Shown one piece after another: positions 1 to 14,470 of a stretch of 64,000 nucleotides of DNA. This DNA comes from Tubiluchus corallicola (lineage: Eukaryota; Animalia; Priapulida). Location of the stretch: assembly GCA_030141605.1 (NCBI GenBank), contig JAQGDQ010000147.1:124001-188000 (forward strand). Reading direction: 5' to 3'. The notes below the pieces were generated by a model. It made no database searches. It worked only from the letters and a program-made list of their open reading frames with translations, and had not been told where the DNA came from. Position 1 is the first letter of the stretch. Each line of letters begins with the position of its first letter. Position numbers and translations under genes: made by a program.

Positions 1-3000
1 TGGAACGTCACGGACTCGACAGCTCCTGTTCACACATTCGTGGGCCATACTGATGTCATACTAGAATTTCAGTGGCGAAAATCAGAGGGTAAAATATTGT
101 TTATATCCGGCTTGTCGAAAATGACAGTGTTGAAAGTATTGTTTTTTGTATTTAGAGCTTAGCATGATAATAATATTGTCATAATTTATGTCATTGAAAT
201 AATCATTGTTATTCTCGTGAAAGAGAAAATATCTTTACGTTTCATCGTAAACTGTAATTTAAAGTTTTTTTGTGTATGTCGTGAATTAAGATGTGAAAGG
301 TTGCCTTAAATTCTTTCAGAAGCTGCAGACTTTCAATTGGTTACCTGGTCTAAAGATCAAAGCCTAAGAATCTGGAAAATAGAACCACATTTGCAAAAGG
401 TAAGTAACCTTATAAAGTTGTTTGTAACTCAGTACATCAGAGACAGTTAACTGGTACTCATATTGCATCAATGACACAAATTCGTTTTTTAAAGCAAAGT
501 GATCTTAAATTTGTGCCAAAATATTGTCTGAATACGAGCTGATATATTAATCATTCACTGTTTTAATTAAGAATGTAAGCTAATGTGCAGTATTTTATCG
601 CGAGCAAAATTTTTGTGTTGCAGTTATGTGGATATGACACTCAGAATGATTCAGGAAATGAGTTAGAAACTCCTGGCATAATAGATATGGTTTCTGAATC
701 AGGAGCTGAAACACTGAGTGTTGCTTCACGGGATTTTAAAGAAACAGATGGCACACCGTTTTCTGCAACGCCACCATCGACACCCAAAGTTGTCACAGAT
801 GCGCCATCTCTTGGCCAACCGAAAACACTGCAGCAAGAGTTTGCTCTAGTCAACATGCATATTGATAATGTGATTTTCGGCAATGTGAGTTCGATAAATA
901 TGCTTTTGCTGTTTTTGTTGCCTTTAATATTAACATAGGTGTCTTAGAGACTTGTTTGTAATTTAGGAAAGTTTTTGGTCAAAATTTGGCTGTAGAAACA
1001 GAAGCATTTATTATTCTTTTTTGACATTGACACTGTAGATTTGCCATAATATTAGTTTGAAATTTGCATAAAACCCATGCTCTTTACTGATTTTGCATTT
1101 GAAAGTTGTTATCTTTCGCAGTGATAACTGAAATGGCACAACATGCATAACAATTCCATTCATCTTTGTTTTTATTAAAATGTTCTTTTTAATACCCCAG
1201 TTCATTGTTCTATCTGTTTGTACTTATTTTATTCAATGCGATATTTCTCACATATCACAATTGTAAGCAGAACTCTTTGAAGTGATGTGTTCTGTGGTTA
1301 TGTGCATGAATAATGTCATTGACGAACCACATGACCACGTAAAAATGTTATTACGAAAATGTAAACATTTAATTTCTGCAAATAATGGTAGCAAAATTAG
1401 TGTGTGCAAACTAAGCAATCCCAAACTTAATATGCATGATGTTTACTTTACACAATCTAATATTAATGAAACTAATCAGATTTTCTCGGGACTAGCACTT
1501 GGCTTTCTGCTCACAGCATCTGCATTGAGACAGGCAGGTGGTTGAAGACCAATGGACTATAAATTATGTGTTTTTGTAATGGCAAGAATTTGCCTGTTCA
1601 GCCCAAGTTTCATGCTTTATGATGTCACCACTATAGACAGAAGGTTTATGCATCCTTCAACTTTGATAGTTTGCAATCAACTTTTAAGCATAAAAATGCT
1701 AATGCTAATTCTAGCTTTAATGCAATAGCTGAAATTCTCTGCATACATATTTAACTGTGGTGTTTTATGATGTGTTGGTAATTGCACATTGTAATTTGTA
1801 CATCGATTATGGTGTGTTAACCCACGATGTATGATTTTTGTAATTGTTAGCTAAAATTATGTAAATCAACATACGAAATTCAGTTCAATTCACTGCCAGT
1901 TCTACTGTACATGATAGTCTTATGTAACTGAAAACTTAGAAATTTTTCCACGCTAAACATGTTTAGTGAACATTTAATTTCACTCAACTGTAAAGCATTA
2001 GTAAGTGATTAGTAACATTGCAATTGATGGTCTAAATTGCTGAAAAATTTTCGTGTCTCATTTTGTCGTAACAAAAACCAAATAGAAAAAGAAAAAGTTA
2101 CATATTGAAAAACATTACAACTTATGCATTGTTTATATGTGAAACATGTTTTTATAGATGGATGCAGCTAAGGGCACTTGTACAGTCATGGCTTCCAGTG
2201 GCAAGTACAATGTTAAATTACAGCTGACATTTCCACCGACATATCCAAATAATGCAGCGCCATCTTTCCAGTTCCTAAAATCCACCACAGTTGATAATGT
2301 GACTAAAAGCAAACTTCTCAAGGTAACCATAACCATGGCTTTAAAGTTTTTTCAGTGAGAAACGCGACTTTAGTTTTAGGCGTAAAAAATAAGAAGGGCC
2401 AGTGAACGGTAATTTGTAAATATTGTGTATATGGACCATTTGTTTTGGTTGTTGACATTTCAAATGTGCAAAACTCATAGAGTGTTAAACATTTTAATGT
2501 TAGTTGCACAATACACAATGACATTGATACAATGAATAATAAATCTGATGTGTCTCAGCTTTTACTTAATGTAGGTGTTGCGTGAAACTTCAGCACAGCA
2601 TGTTAAGAAAAACAGAACTTGTCTAGAACCTTGTTTACGACAGCTTATTGCTACGCTAGACGGGATTATGGTAAATATTAACACTGAAGTATATCTTTCT
2701 TTTTGATACAAACGAAGATTCAGTTAGAGCAGGTCTGCATTTTTAGTTGTTGAGTATGTTTAATCGTTGAAAATATTTAACCATTGCTTTTACGAGTGGT
2801 TCACTTATAACATAGATTTATGAAATGTGTTTTCTTGTGAATTTTTGTTCTGATTTTTCTTCCCTTCCTGACATTAGGAACGGAAAATGAGAAGATAGTA
2901 AATGCTTAGGTAACTGCTGGAAAAGTGTTTTTGATAAATTTGTCTGCACCTCAATTGGCCAAGACACTTCTGACAGTTTAGTGTTTCATTTTAAAGGGCT

Positions 3001-6000
3001 ATCATGGTGATATAATACTCTTTGGTCTTGTCACAACATTCAATATGATAAGTAGGTCCACCATTCAATGCTTGTTGTCAGTTTGCACTGTATAAAAACG
3101 TCCCAAATCATACAAAAGTTGTCAAATGCATTCTAAAAAATCTTAGTAGGATAAGATGAATAGCTGATTACGGGTTGAATAGTTGATTTACGGGTATTAT
3201 GCTTGGCAACCAGAGTTAAGCACTGGTCAGTGAATAGACACCAAATGGTGGATCACATGGGTGATTGCCGGATTCGATACCGTCTCGGCAATTTCATTCG
3301 CCATGCTGATTTTTGTTGTTTACCTCTTAGAAGGATGCACTCACATCCAAGTATAGCTATCATGATTCACTGTTTCTATAGTCTTGAGTATGTGCCATAT
3401 TTTGGTACTTTCATTCACATTAATTAGACAGATTATGCTTTAACTGCTGGATTCTGGCTGGCTTGCAATGTACAAATTGTATAAAAGTGTTCACAGCATG
3501 GCTACATTCAAGGTCTTTTACTTACTATGTAATTTAAGCCACAAATTTTAACTGGTGTATAGTATACCACATTGAATTGCACTCTTTCCTGAATTTACAC
3601 AAATTACTGTAAATTCTATTTAACACACAACTAATAAATGTAGATTTGATGCTTATTGTATAACTAATCAAATGTTGTGTTTTTCAGAGTAAAGATAGTG
3701 ACAATTCTGAAAGTGGTAGTCCATACAGACAGCCCATAGTATCGCAAGTTGGTCGTGTTTCTTCGTTTTCCAGTTATGCGTATGGTTTTCAAGACACTAC
3801 GGTTCCCTTTCCTAGGACATCTGGTGCTCGTTTTTCCAAGACTGGTGTGCTGAATAAAACCAATATATAAACACTAAGTACAGCACTAGGTCAACTGCAT
3901 AGAGTAAAACTAGAATCATTATTCAAAGTTTTTAATTTTTCTTTCATCAATTTGAAGCTTGTTTCACAATGAACTGACAAGTTACTGCAAAGATACTTTT
4001 GAGCTGGTTTTATAACATATCTTAAGATAAGTGTATTGGTGTTGTACTGGATTTTATGAAAACCATCCAGTATAATAACTAAGAACTCTTCGGTTTTTAT
4101 TTAGCCACAGGTAAACACAGATGAGAGATAAATATTGTATCTGTCAAACAAAATTATTATAGTAACTATCAATCGTTGAAAGTGATTGATAATTTAAATT
4201 TCGATGACATTTTTTCTCCTGCAGTTTTTTTGCAAAGGATTTTCTTTTATTTATTTTTTGGTGCAGATTCACACTGTATCTGATATGTCAAAAGATTCTG
4301 TTTTACTCATGAAAGTAACTCAGTAGCAGCACCAAAAACAGCAAACCTCAAGATAAATTGAAAATTTAAAAATTTCAGAAGAATACCACAATATTATTTT
4401 TAAAAAGATTTTTATTGTAACTGATGACATTTTAAGAACCATGCTTATTCTCCTTTTCAGATCACTATAATCATATTGTGGGATTCTTTATAAAAGTCAG
4501 TTGATTCTTGACATAAATAACTTTTTAGTCATGAAAATTGAAAATCTTTAATAGACTCAATTTGCAAATTTTCTTGTTTTTCTTTGTTTCAGGAGTGCTC
4601 GTGTGTTTTTCTCGTCCTTCTGGTTTTACAAGAGTTCCGGGGGCAGAAATGACGCCTCGTGCTTTGTCGGCACTTGCTGCATTCGTTACACAGCACCCGA
4701 TCTCAGTGCCGGCTCCGGCATCCATCTATCAGCCAAGTGCTCGAAGTCCAAGCAAGGATGATCGCATCTCCATCAGTTCGTTTTACTTTGAAACGGTACT
4801 TATGTTTTATATGTTGAAAGCTAATGTAAAGAATGTGTGCCCTCATCCTCAACTGTATGTAACTTTTCTGAAATTATGGCAGTATATGGTTACCTTTAAG
4901 CAGAAACATATGCTGTGCACATTTGTTGCAGACTCATGACAAAAATTGATTGGAGCTGCATAGATCGAAAAGCAGTTAACAGAAATTTTTTCTGCTTTTG
5001 TCATTGTCAGTCAACTGTGGAACTTTAGTTGCAGTGATCAATGAACAAGAAGTCAAAAGTGGTGCCATCATCAGTTGCAGTAGTTTCCTAGTAATTGTTG
5101 CATTCATTTAAGGTTTTTACCTTTTTATAGCATACTGTTTAGAAGGTGCTACATTTCAGTGAAGCCATGTACAGTTGCCTCCTTAATTGCACTGGGCTCT
5201 GCTTTATTTATTCTACATTCACAATATTTTCATTTTGCTTGTAGAATCTCAAATTACAATATAAGTTTATAGTGACATTTTAACTTTGGAAACTCTCCAT
5301 CATCTGATACTAATGCTTGTTAGGTATTGAATTTGTGGCCTTGCGTACTCTAAATTCTGGCAGTAGATTTAAGTTGGGACCAAGTAAATATCTGGGTGGT
5401 TACTTGTGTGCTACAAGCCTAATCAGTAAACAGTTGGATGTGAGTCAGTGGTTCAAAACTTGTTCTCGGTAGTTTCATCTGCCATAAAGTTGTGGCTATT
5501 TGCTTTTATTTGTTGAGAGAGGATGTATACACATCTAAATGTGACTAGAATACTTCTGCCAGTCCCGTATCTTTTCTTAGAGGCTTATCCTTCATGTTTT
5601 TTTCTGATTTAGCAAAGAATGCGAGGAAAGATGAAGAAGAGACAACAAAGAGAAGCCAGCCCAACGAAAATTGAGTGCAAATGTGGATCTGTCGTGTTGT
5701 ATGATGCAGCCAAACTGGAACCTGTTAATCGGAAACTTGCAGAGCTTTATGTGTATGTTTGCTTTGCTGATCTATTATAATTGTATATAATGTTAGTATT
5801 TCATGTCGTCATTAACAATGTATGACTGTGTTTAATGCAGTTGTCAGCGAGTGCCAGATGAGGCATAAGTTATGTGGTGTCTAAGTCAGTAACTTAGTGG
5901 TTATTGTGTGCTAAGTTACCAAAGTTAAGCATGAACAGTAGATGGATGGGTGGCCTTTCATGTGCCTTTGCATCTTAGAGAGGGATCCCATGTCTGAATG

Positions 6001-9000
6001 TGGCCTGAGACACCCTTCTGGGTACAGTTTCTCTTCTTATTGGATTAACATTTATAATGAGGTAGACTTCAATTCCGCCACTAAGCCTTAGAGATGTATT
6101 TTATATTGCAGCATGTAGAGCGCCGACCTGTGTAAAAATTAAATCATAACATTTAGTTGAATTTTGGTCCAATGAAGTATTTAAATAATTCAGTTTTTTT
6201 CCTTCCTGTAAATTTATTTAACTTATTTTCATTTTTGGATGTCATTTGGTTTTTCAGTCGCTCAGTTTTGCTTTTCAAGTAAACATTATTTAGTGCTAAA
6301 ACAATCATAAATATTTAAAAAAGTGTTTAAGTTCATACATATGCTATATTAAGCCTAAAATAAAAAGTGCCCGTAATTTACTATAGAAATTCGATCATTT
6401 GACTTAATAATGACCACATTGCATTCATTTACATGGTTGTTCACAATAATATGTTGTTGCACGAATTGCCTGGCATGTTATGCTTAGTTGCTTTTGTACT
6501 TTGAATAACTCCTGTTTGTGGTAGACAGATTTTAAAGATCTCAGTACTCTGAGTATAGTAAATATGTAATTTATGAGAGATTTTGACTATGGTTAATGAT
6601 TATGGGATTCTTAAATTGAATGATTGTTCAGATGATCGACAAATTGAGGTTTTTTCCATTATATAATAATGTGTTATGTTGGCGGTTTAGGTTGAATCTG
6701 TCAGATATTCCTGAGATGTGCAACAGAAATGCTGCTGCTGCAAATTCTGTAGGGAGGAAAGATTTAGTGCAGGTATATATATTTATACAAGTTGCTCTTC
6801 TGTGCAGCAACAGCTTTTGAAAGTTTGTTGGACTGCCTAGTCCTTTTTATTATGATGCTATCATTGCCTTGTGTAAAGCATCCTTGTTAGATCCAAAACA
6901 GGCCTATCTAATTTATTACAAACAGTGGTGGTCTTAAAATTTAAAATTTTGTGTTTTTCCAATTTATGGCAAATTCGAATTAAGCAATTAAATAGCACCT
7001 GTTTTTCATATTTATTTTTTGTTTATTTTGTTTATTGAATACCATGTTTGTTACATTTGTCAGTCAGACGAAAATTTCAGCACCATTTACTAGTTAGGTA
7101 GTCTTCATACGGAAGACAATTTTCCAAACGATTATGCTGTAGGGCAGTGCGATATTTGAGGCAAACAGAGCATAGTGACTTTTCGAATTTGCTCAGTTGT
7201 TTTGAAGGCCGTTTATTTGAGTAATGTGAAAAATTTCATGTTATGCTGTCTTCATGTTTTTAAGTTCAATTACTACTGGTCAGTATTTTAATGTGCAGAA
7301 TTGTTTTCATGTCTGAAATATGGCCCGTAAACTGTGAAATGAAACAATGCTTGTTTTAAGTAAATCATCAGTTTACAAATGTCACCATTTACACTCTGTC
7401 TTATTTTAGTTGTGGTCAATAGCAGCAATTGCCTCCCACGAGAAATTAAAACCAAGTACAGATCCAGATCAAGAGCCTTGGGCATTCCATCCATTTGGTC
7501 GGGAAATGTTACAATCGTTGTAAGAGGTTTTTTTTTATTTAATTCTAATTTTACTTTGATATTATTATTAGACTTTAGCCATGGTTTCAATCTTGTTTTA
7601 TAGTTGATTTGTATTTGCTACATGAAGCAGTTGTGTTAATTAAAAAAGTGCGACTTCTAATGGAATTTATATCTTCTGTACATTAACGATTCATTTCAAT
7701 TGGTTTTACAAGGTGATTAAAAATTCCTGCCATGAAATTTTGTTAATGTTAACAAAATACATCTAGTAATAATAATAATAATGATCATATTAATAATGAT
7801 GATGATGATGAGAATGATGATGATAATAATGATAATAATAATAATAATAATCTTTTTTGAAGTTGATTTCATAATCAATGGGTAATACAAGCCATGAGGC
7901 ATTTATCATTGATTCCAATAATGTATAAATAACGAACTAGAATTCCATAATAGAAATAATTATTGCTAACCTGTTTTATTTTAATTATAACATGCTACGC
8001 AGAGTAACAATTTGAAAAATTTACCATTTTTAACAGGTTCCATTTTTAAAACATTTGTTATGATATTATAGTATCAAACCAAGAACTGCCCACACAGGAA
8101 GCATGCCTATTATGCATTTTAAACTACAATGCCTTTCCTATTAAACGTGTTTATGATTTCAGCTTCTGATGGTAGTTGCTTTCTAGTTTTTAAAAAAAAG
8201 CCGAATCTGAACTGGCCATTCATCCATTCACGTATAAAAGTGTTGGATTATATGTAGTAAGCAAACCATGAAATTTTTATTAAGCCACTTTCCACTTCAG
8301 AATTAAGCATTATATTGGAATGAAGGATGTGCAGACGTTAGCGATGTTATGTTGTGTTTTCAACTCTGATCCTTTACCTGATCAACACCGGCGAACTAGC
8401 AGAGTAAAAGGTGATAGTGAATCTTCCTATAGCGTAAGTAGTATTCATTCACTTCATTATAGCATTTACACCTTTACAGGATTAGAAGTTTGAAATATTT
8501 TTTCACCTTATGTCAAGATTGTACACAATGCAATTTGATTAAGTTGGTATATAGTTTTATTGTAGATGTGTATTTACGTAAATACTTCATTATTATCATT
8601 ACTCTTAATTTCACAAGATTGTAAAATGGTAAAATGATTTTGCACTTATTAAATTTTGGAAATCAAACTATACTAAAAAAAGTAATAAATGAATTGGTTT
8701 GTCTGAGCCTGAATTTGAACCAGGACATTTTTATACCAAGCATCTTTGCCATAACTACTACACATCTCCTTGTAATGCATGTGATATACTGATAATCAAA
8801 CGTCTTTTATTCATCTCTTAGCTTATTTTCACCGTTTTTACATTTGATTTCTTCTGGTCTCTGTGGTTTCAAAAATTTCACATTTCTTCACTTTATTATT
8901 AATCAGTCATTTTAATACTAAGATAGTAATTATGATTCACAATTTTCTGTTGGTTGTAAATTAAATACAAAAATTAATCTAATTAATCACTAATTGCTCT

Positions 9001-12000
9001 AATGAATAAATTACACCTAAAAATTTTGGATTGGTTGTTTATCTATTGTATTGAAATCTGTAATGATCACTAGGGGCTGTGTGGCTTAGTAAGCATGTCA
9101 CTGGACACTGTAATCCAAAGATGTCACTTTCAAGTGTATACCGATTCATGACTTTTTCATCTTTCTTTAGTTTTAGTCAAATTTAGTGTCAAAAATTTAA
9201 TACATGGGCTCAGTGTACAATGCATGGACAGTGTTTGTCAAAGTGAACAGAATGTGTTATGTAGTCATTTAAAATGAAGTGAAGACTGTTTTGCTTTTGT
9301 AATATGAGACCATTTATGGGAAAAATTCCTTTCTTGTTTTCATTAATTTTTTTAATGAGATAATTGATTACCTTTACCCTTTCTATGAAATGAGAAGTGA
9401 GCTAATTAAAAATTGAATCAGATAAGGTAGATATTAGTGTGAATATTTTATATACTCAGTATAATATTTTTAAAATATTTTTTTGTTTAGCCGTCATTTA
9501 AATATTGGACAATGCCTAAGGTAACTGGAAATGAGTTCATTAATGTAATTAATTACTGTAACCAACTGCATCTTATGTACTAGTGTAGCAGATCTTTTAA
9601 ATTTTAATATATGAGAAGGAAAAAGGTATATCAATAGCTATGTATTGTACAGTGTTTATAAAGCTGACTGAAGACAATAATTATTTCTGTGTCTTTTTTA
9701 GTCTTCTGGCTCACCATATCAAACTATACATCCATCAGACACAAGCTTGGATGGATGGGGAAACTCAGGTAAGGATCATTAACAGGTATTACCATTTCTA
9801 GATCGAGTTTGCTATAAATTTATGAACTATTATTGCTTTAGCAGGTGTAAAAGTACATTTCAAATTGTTTATAAAATCAAAAAATGAAAAACAAAAGCAT
9901 TTTTTATATTCCATGGCTCAAAGCGAGATCATGACTGAGTAGACAGGCATGCTGCTTTCAATCGGTATGTGCTGGTATGTAGTTGCCTGGGTTCTATGCC
10001 AGCTTGCTTCAAGTGGCATCATTTCTAAATTTTGGCTGTATACCTCATATGTACATCAGAACATCTGGTCTACACAGCTTTGTTAGTTCAGCGGCTGTTC
10101 TTGAAGGGTAATCCTTGATGAACCAAGCTCCGGTCACGTCACGAACATCTCATTGAATTGGCAATGACGTTGAATGCTGGATTCCGGCTTGCAATGTGCA
10201 GACATTTTTTATTTCATTTTCAGTTTTAGCAAATTCCTGTCATTGTTTTTCCAAATATGACCAAGCAGAAAATGTTAGCCAACTCTGAACAATAGGTTAC
10301 AACTGTGGAACAAAGTAAATACAAGAAACAAGCATACTCACATTCACTTGTGCTCTGCAGAATATGTGAGGGAGTCAGAAGCAAAATTTGTGATCATTAC
10401 ATTCCTGTTTAGTTTGTGTGGTCCATAAGTTCTGCGAAAGCAGCTTTGAGGACGACAAATACATTGCTCAAGAATGGTGGACATTCTCTGTTTAGTGTAT
10501 GCTAGATGAGTAATTCTATTACTGTTGCTGTTAATAATTGTCAGCATTCTAATTGCAATGGGAATTCTGTATTAGTATTTCAATTGCAAATACATGTGGG
10601 CTGGGAAGGGAAGAGTTCCATAAGGAAGCAACACTGAGCTCCACATGAAGTATTTTGGTTTCACGTTGACAGTGGGTTGTCAGAGTGAAAAAATTCCATG
10701 AGCAAGAAAGTTTCTTGTAGTAGCAACTCTGGGAAACAACTTAAGGTTCTTACCAGTTTGAAAAGTTCTACATGCTTGAATGTTTGCTTTAGTTTGTAAT
10801 TCTTTATCGCCTTTCATTGATCAGCTGTATGCAAATTACAATCACGTTCCTTAAAATTTGAAGAATTTTTGACTCATCTTGATTTGTTTTAGTGTCTTTC
10901 ACGCTTCGTCGTACAAGCAGCTGGTCTGAGCCATTGGACTGTGGTTTTTGGGCAGATGTACAAAAGGTTAAACAGGAAAAAGAAAAAGAGACACATCATG
11001 CTAATATGAGGTATGCTGGACTGTATGTCAATGAATTGTAATACGATTCTAAGAATTATAGTCATATCCAAAAGTCTAGTCACTCGAAGTTTCATGTACA
11101 GTTATTATCTGTATAAAACCAAGTTATGCTTAAAAAGTTTCAAGGATGCATGTACTGTGAAATAAAAGCCCTTAAATACAACAAAGGTTTATTCAAATGT
11201 AGCAGTCTTAGACTCTTCCTTACCCGACTTTTCTCATTTTATTAATACTGCATTTATGGAAAGTTGTTTTTGAAAATGTGGATAACTGTAGCACATTATA
11301 CTGTTATTTACACAGGTGGTATTATTTTAGGTAAGATAATGGCCACATCTCTCTAACTGTATATCCAACTTGGTGTTTGTCTGTTTCACCGATACTAACC
11401 AGATACATTATCACTGAAGAGGTCAACTCCTGGTCACCGATTTATTTATTTATTGTTTTACATTAGTTGCTGAAACAAATAACTGAAATGAAACTAAATT
11501 TGAATGAAATGAAAACAAGAACAAGATTACCCACCGACTTCACTGACTGGCATAAACGTGTTTCATTACCCACCAACTTCACTGACTGGCATGAACGTGT
11601 TTCATACTAGAACAAGAGTACTACTATTATGTTCCAAATATAATGAAATTTGGCAGGAGGCTGAACATATAGTTTAGTTGTGTTTATGTTTTGTGAGTTA
11701 GAGAATTACATGTAGGCATGCTTCTGGCTTGGTCTGATTCAGTTTATGAGTTTATTTGAACTTTTGCAGATTGTTAGATCCAGAAATGACTGGTCAATAT
11801 GATGCATTTAAGCAGATATATGCAAACATACTGTATTATTGGGGGCTGCACCTAAAACGGGCGGAGGTTTTGAAGTTTGTGTCCGGAATGACAGAGGCTC
11901 ATAAAGGAATAGGTATGGAAGAATTGTAGGATCATATTTAAATTTGGAGAATTTCTCTGACAAACAATGTTATGTTAAGACTAAGACGACTTATGGAATG

Positions 12001-14470
12001 TTTCATGGCAAACTTATGAAAGTGTGGATCTTTATTTTTGCCACCTTGTTTTTCATTATTGCAGAATTTCATACGCTATGCCTTCACTGTGGAAAAGCTA
12101 TACGAGGAGCACAGTGTAGCAGTTGTAGAAACTATGGTCTTCGTTGTGCCATCTGCCATGTGGCTGTCAAAGGTACTCACAACTAGCTTGTGATAAATTC
12201 TTGTTTCTCCTGCCATATTACATTGTATTACATGTAATTTGACTGATTTGAAAGCATGTAATTAATTGTTTGCCTGATTAGCCAAGTTAAATATGTGATG
12301 AGTATAAATTCCATTGTCAGTGAAGTTACATAAATAGGTGACATACATGGGTACATCTAAGTGCAGGAGGGGGGTTAGGGGACAACTAGTGCAAATAAAA
12401 TCCTCTAGGGATTTTATCCTTAGCTGATTGTTAGTGATTCGACTTTTGCTAACACCTTTTTCACTGTTTTTGCATTTGCTCTTATATTCATATTTCCTGG
12501 AATCTGATGATCTAAAACTGCACTGATTCAGAGAAAGCAATTAATCACAGCAGACTTATAGCTGCAGGTAGCTGATGATGCTAATAATGAGATTGTACTT
12601 CCAGCTGCCACATTTTTCAACTTAAATGAGCATTATAGTTTATCAATTACATTCTACAAAATGTTTTGCAGGTAAAAATAAATGCTTATCAATCACAAAA
12701 ATTATGCAAACCATGTCAACAAAAACAAGCCACTAAAGTAAACTGCAAACTGTACATTTCATTCAATAAGAAATGAGAAATTTTATTTCATTTAATTAGA
12801 GAGAGGGGGGAGGGAGAGAGATGGAGAGAGAAAGAGATTTTTGATTTACTTCTTTATTTCAAACTTTCGTTCATATCATATCTTTAAAAATATATACAAC
12901 GAAAATACAAGTAAATAAACACACAAGCACACAAAGTGAACAATATTACAAAAAATAATAATAATAATAACATTTCGCATTGGCTTCAATCATTATATCA
13001 ATGAACATCAACAATGTAAAAATTAAGCATACAATATCCTTCTCCAAATCCTTCTTACACTGGAAGTAAATAAAGCAACACTACCGAATATCGTTCTACA
13101 TAACAAGTTTTCACTGTTTGAAATTCTAGTATTCAGGCTGTAAATGCTTTTCCTGTAAATAACATCAAAGTACACTAATTTATGTGTCACAGAAATGTCC
13201 CTAGCACTGTGATCGAACTGGTAATTAAAAAATTTACGCATTGATTTATTGTGAGCAACCTTAAGTTTTTTCAGATTATAATTATGAAAATGCCGCCAGG
13301 TAGCTATACAGTAGAAGCTATTACAATAAGTATTGAATAGACATGTTTTTACAGCATTGGTGCAATAATAAAATTTACGGCATAACTTATTTGCTCGAGA
13401 GTAATAAATGCCTACTTGTCGTATGATATCTAGATCGTCTCTGTTGTCCCTAGAAATGATGTGACCAAGATATTTTTCATTATCACGAGGCTCAATAACA
13501 GATCCAGCTAACTTGACTGTTCAGAACTCAAAGTTGCTCATATTGTTAGGCGTTATAGTCAGAAGCTTAGTTTTGTCAATATTAATTAAAATATCAAATT
13601 TTGCTGCATAATCAACATATGTATCACATAATTTCATCAGAGCAGTTGTCGCGGTACTTAATAGGCAAATATCGTCAGTGTATGTCAAATGATTGTAATA
13701 AATATCTGCAATTTGACATCCAAAATTACTAGAGGCTAGATTTTCACTAAGTTCTCTAAAGTAAAAGTTAAACAGAAGAAGAGACATCTTTTCCCCCTGC
13801 CATACACCATTGTCAAATTTAAAAATCTCAGAGTTACAGTTGCCCCTCACCAGCATGCCTTGATGGGTGTAATAAAAAACAAGTAAACGAACAATAACGT
13901 TTGGCATGTCAGTTTCAATGAGTGCTAAAAACAGTTTAAAATAATTAATTCTATCGAAGGCTTTGGAGGCGTCTAAAAACATTATATGTACAGTACTCTG
14001 GCGGTCTATATAATAGTCTACTACTTCTTTTAACATGTTAATACATAACTCAGTACCCAAATTCTCCACATAACCAAACTGGTTAGGTGTGGCAGGTAAA
14101 CAATCAGCATAGCAATTCAATACAGCAATTTCTAAAAGTTTACTAGAGACAGAAGATAAAGCGATGTGTCTGAAATTATTTCTGTCTGTTATATTTCTAT
14201 TTCTGTCGAGAGAGAGAGAGAGAGAGAGAGAGATTTAGTGAACACTCCTGTAAGCCTGCCTGGTTTTCTTCTACATGTCTTATTGTTTAAGCATAATTAT
14301 GATTTATTATAGGTCCAGCAAACTTCTGCTTGACCTGTGGTCATGGTGGTCACACATATCACATGATGAACTGGTTTTCTAAACAAGTGGACTGCCCGAC
14401 AGGTTGCGGATGTAAGTGTCAAGATGCCAACATTTTTGCAAATGAATTTAGTTCAGAATTTAATAGTTAG
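1..14470 (+). CDS. WDR59: GATOR2 complex protein WDR59 (SEA3 homolog), 5'-partial, spliced
   Basis: Phase-consistent GT-AG exons: <1-88, 320-399, 624-884, 2158-2322, 2575-2670, 3688-3844, 4593-4795, 5613-5752, 6691-6772, 7410-7519, 8301-8433, 9491-9520 (microexon), 9702-9768, 10893-11010, 11770-11912, 12065-12172, 14313-14470 (TAG). Translation gives WD40 end PVHTFVGHTDVILEFQWR...FQLVTWSKDQSLRIW, RWD-like FPPTYPNNAAPSFQF, CLEPCLRQL, VPFPRTSGARF, PWAFHPFGR, DVQTLAMLCCVF and the C-terminal RING/zinc region CAICHVAVKG...CGHGGH...CPTGCGC, all characteristic of WDR59. Confidence 0.96.
7766..7850. repeat. Compound (AAT)n/(GAT)n microsatellite in a WDR59 intron
   Basis: Run of taataataat...gatgatgatg...aataataat directly visible. 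Confidence 0.9.
9491..9520 (+). CDS. WDR59: 30-nt frame-preserving microexon of WDR59 (PSFKYWTMPK)
   Basis: Acceptor ttttttttgtttag| and donor aag|gtaact; phase 0 on both sides, matching flanking exons 8301-8433 and 9702-9768; open frame. Confidence 0.6.
11526..11603. repeat. 39-bp tandem duplication (2 copies)
   Basis: attacccaccRacttcactgactggcatRaacgtgtttc twice with 2 mismatches. Confidence 0.9.
12838..14207 (-). mobile_element. 5'-truncated, degenerate non-LTR retrotransposon (RT domain, RTEX-like) in the last WDR59 intron
   Basis: Minus strand reads NNFRHIALSSVSSKLLE...NQFGY...FLDASKAFDRIN...GVWQG...YTDDICLL (RT motifs), with in-frame stops downstream (ORFs 13521-14120 and 13023-13241). 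AATAAA lies near the 3' end (tttatt ~12853). Both ends abut GA-repeat tracts (12798-12837, 14208-14232). Clade call is from recalled RTEX motif pattern. Confidence 0.85.

Noticed and set aside
5915-5960. 5S rRNA-like fragment (ccaaagttaagc…ggatgggtggcc)
   Set aside because: Too short and degenerate to call a 5S gene or 5S-derived SINE by eye.
9072-9140. tRNA-like sequence (also at ~8705 and ~22650)
   Set aside because: Only partial A/B-box similarity and no cloverleaf; at most decayed SINE heads, not tRNA genes.
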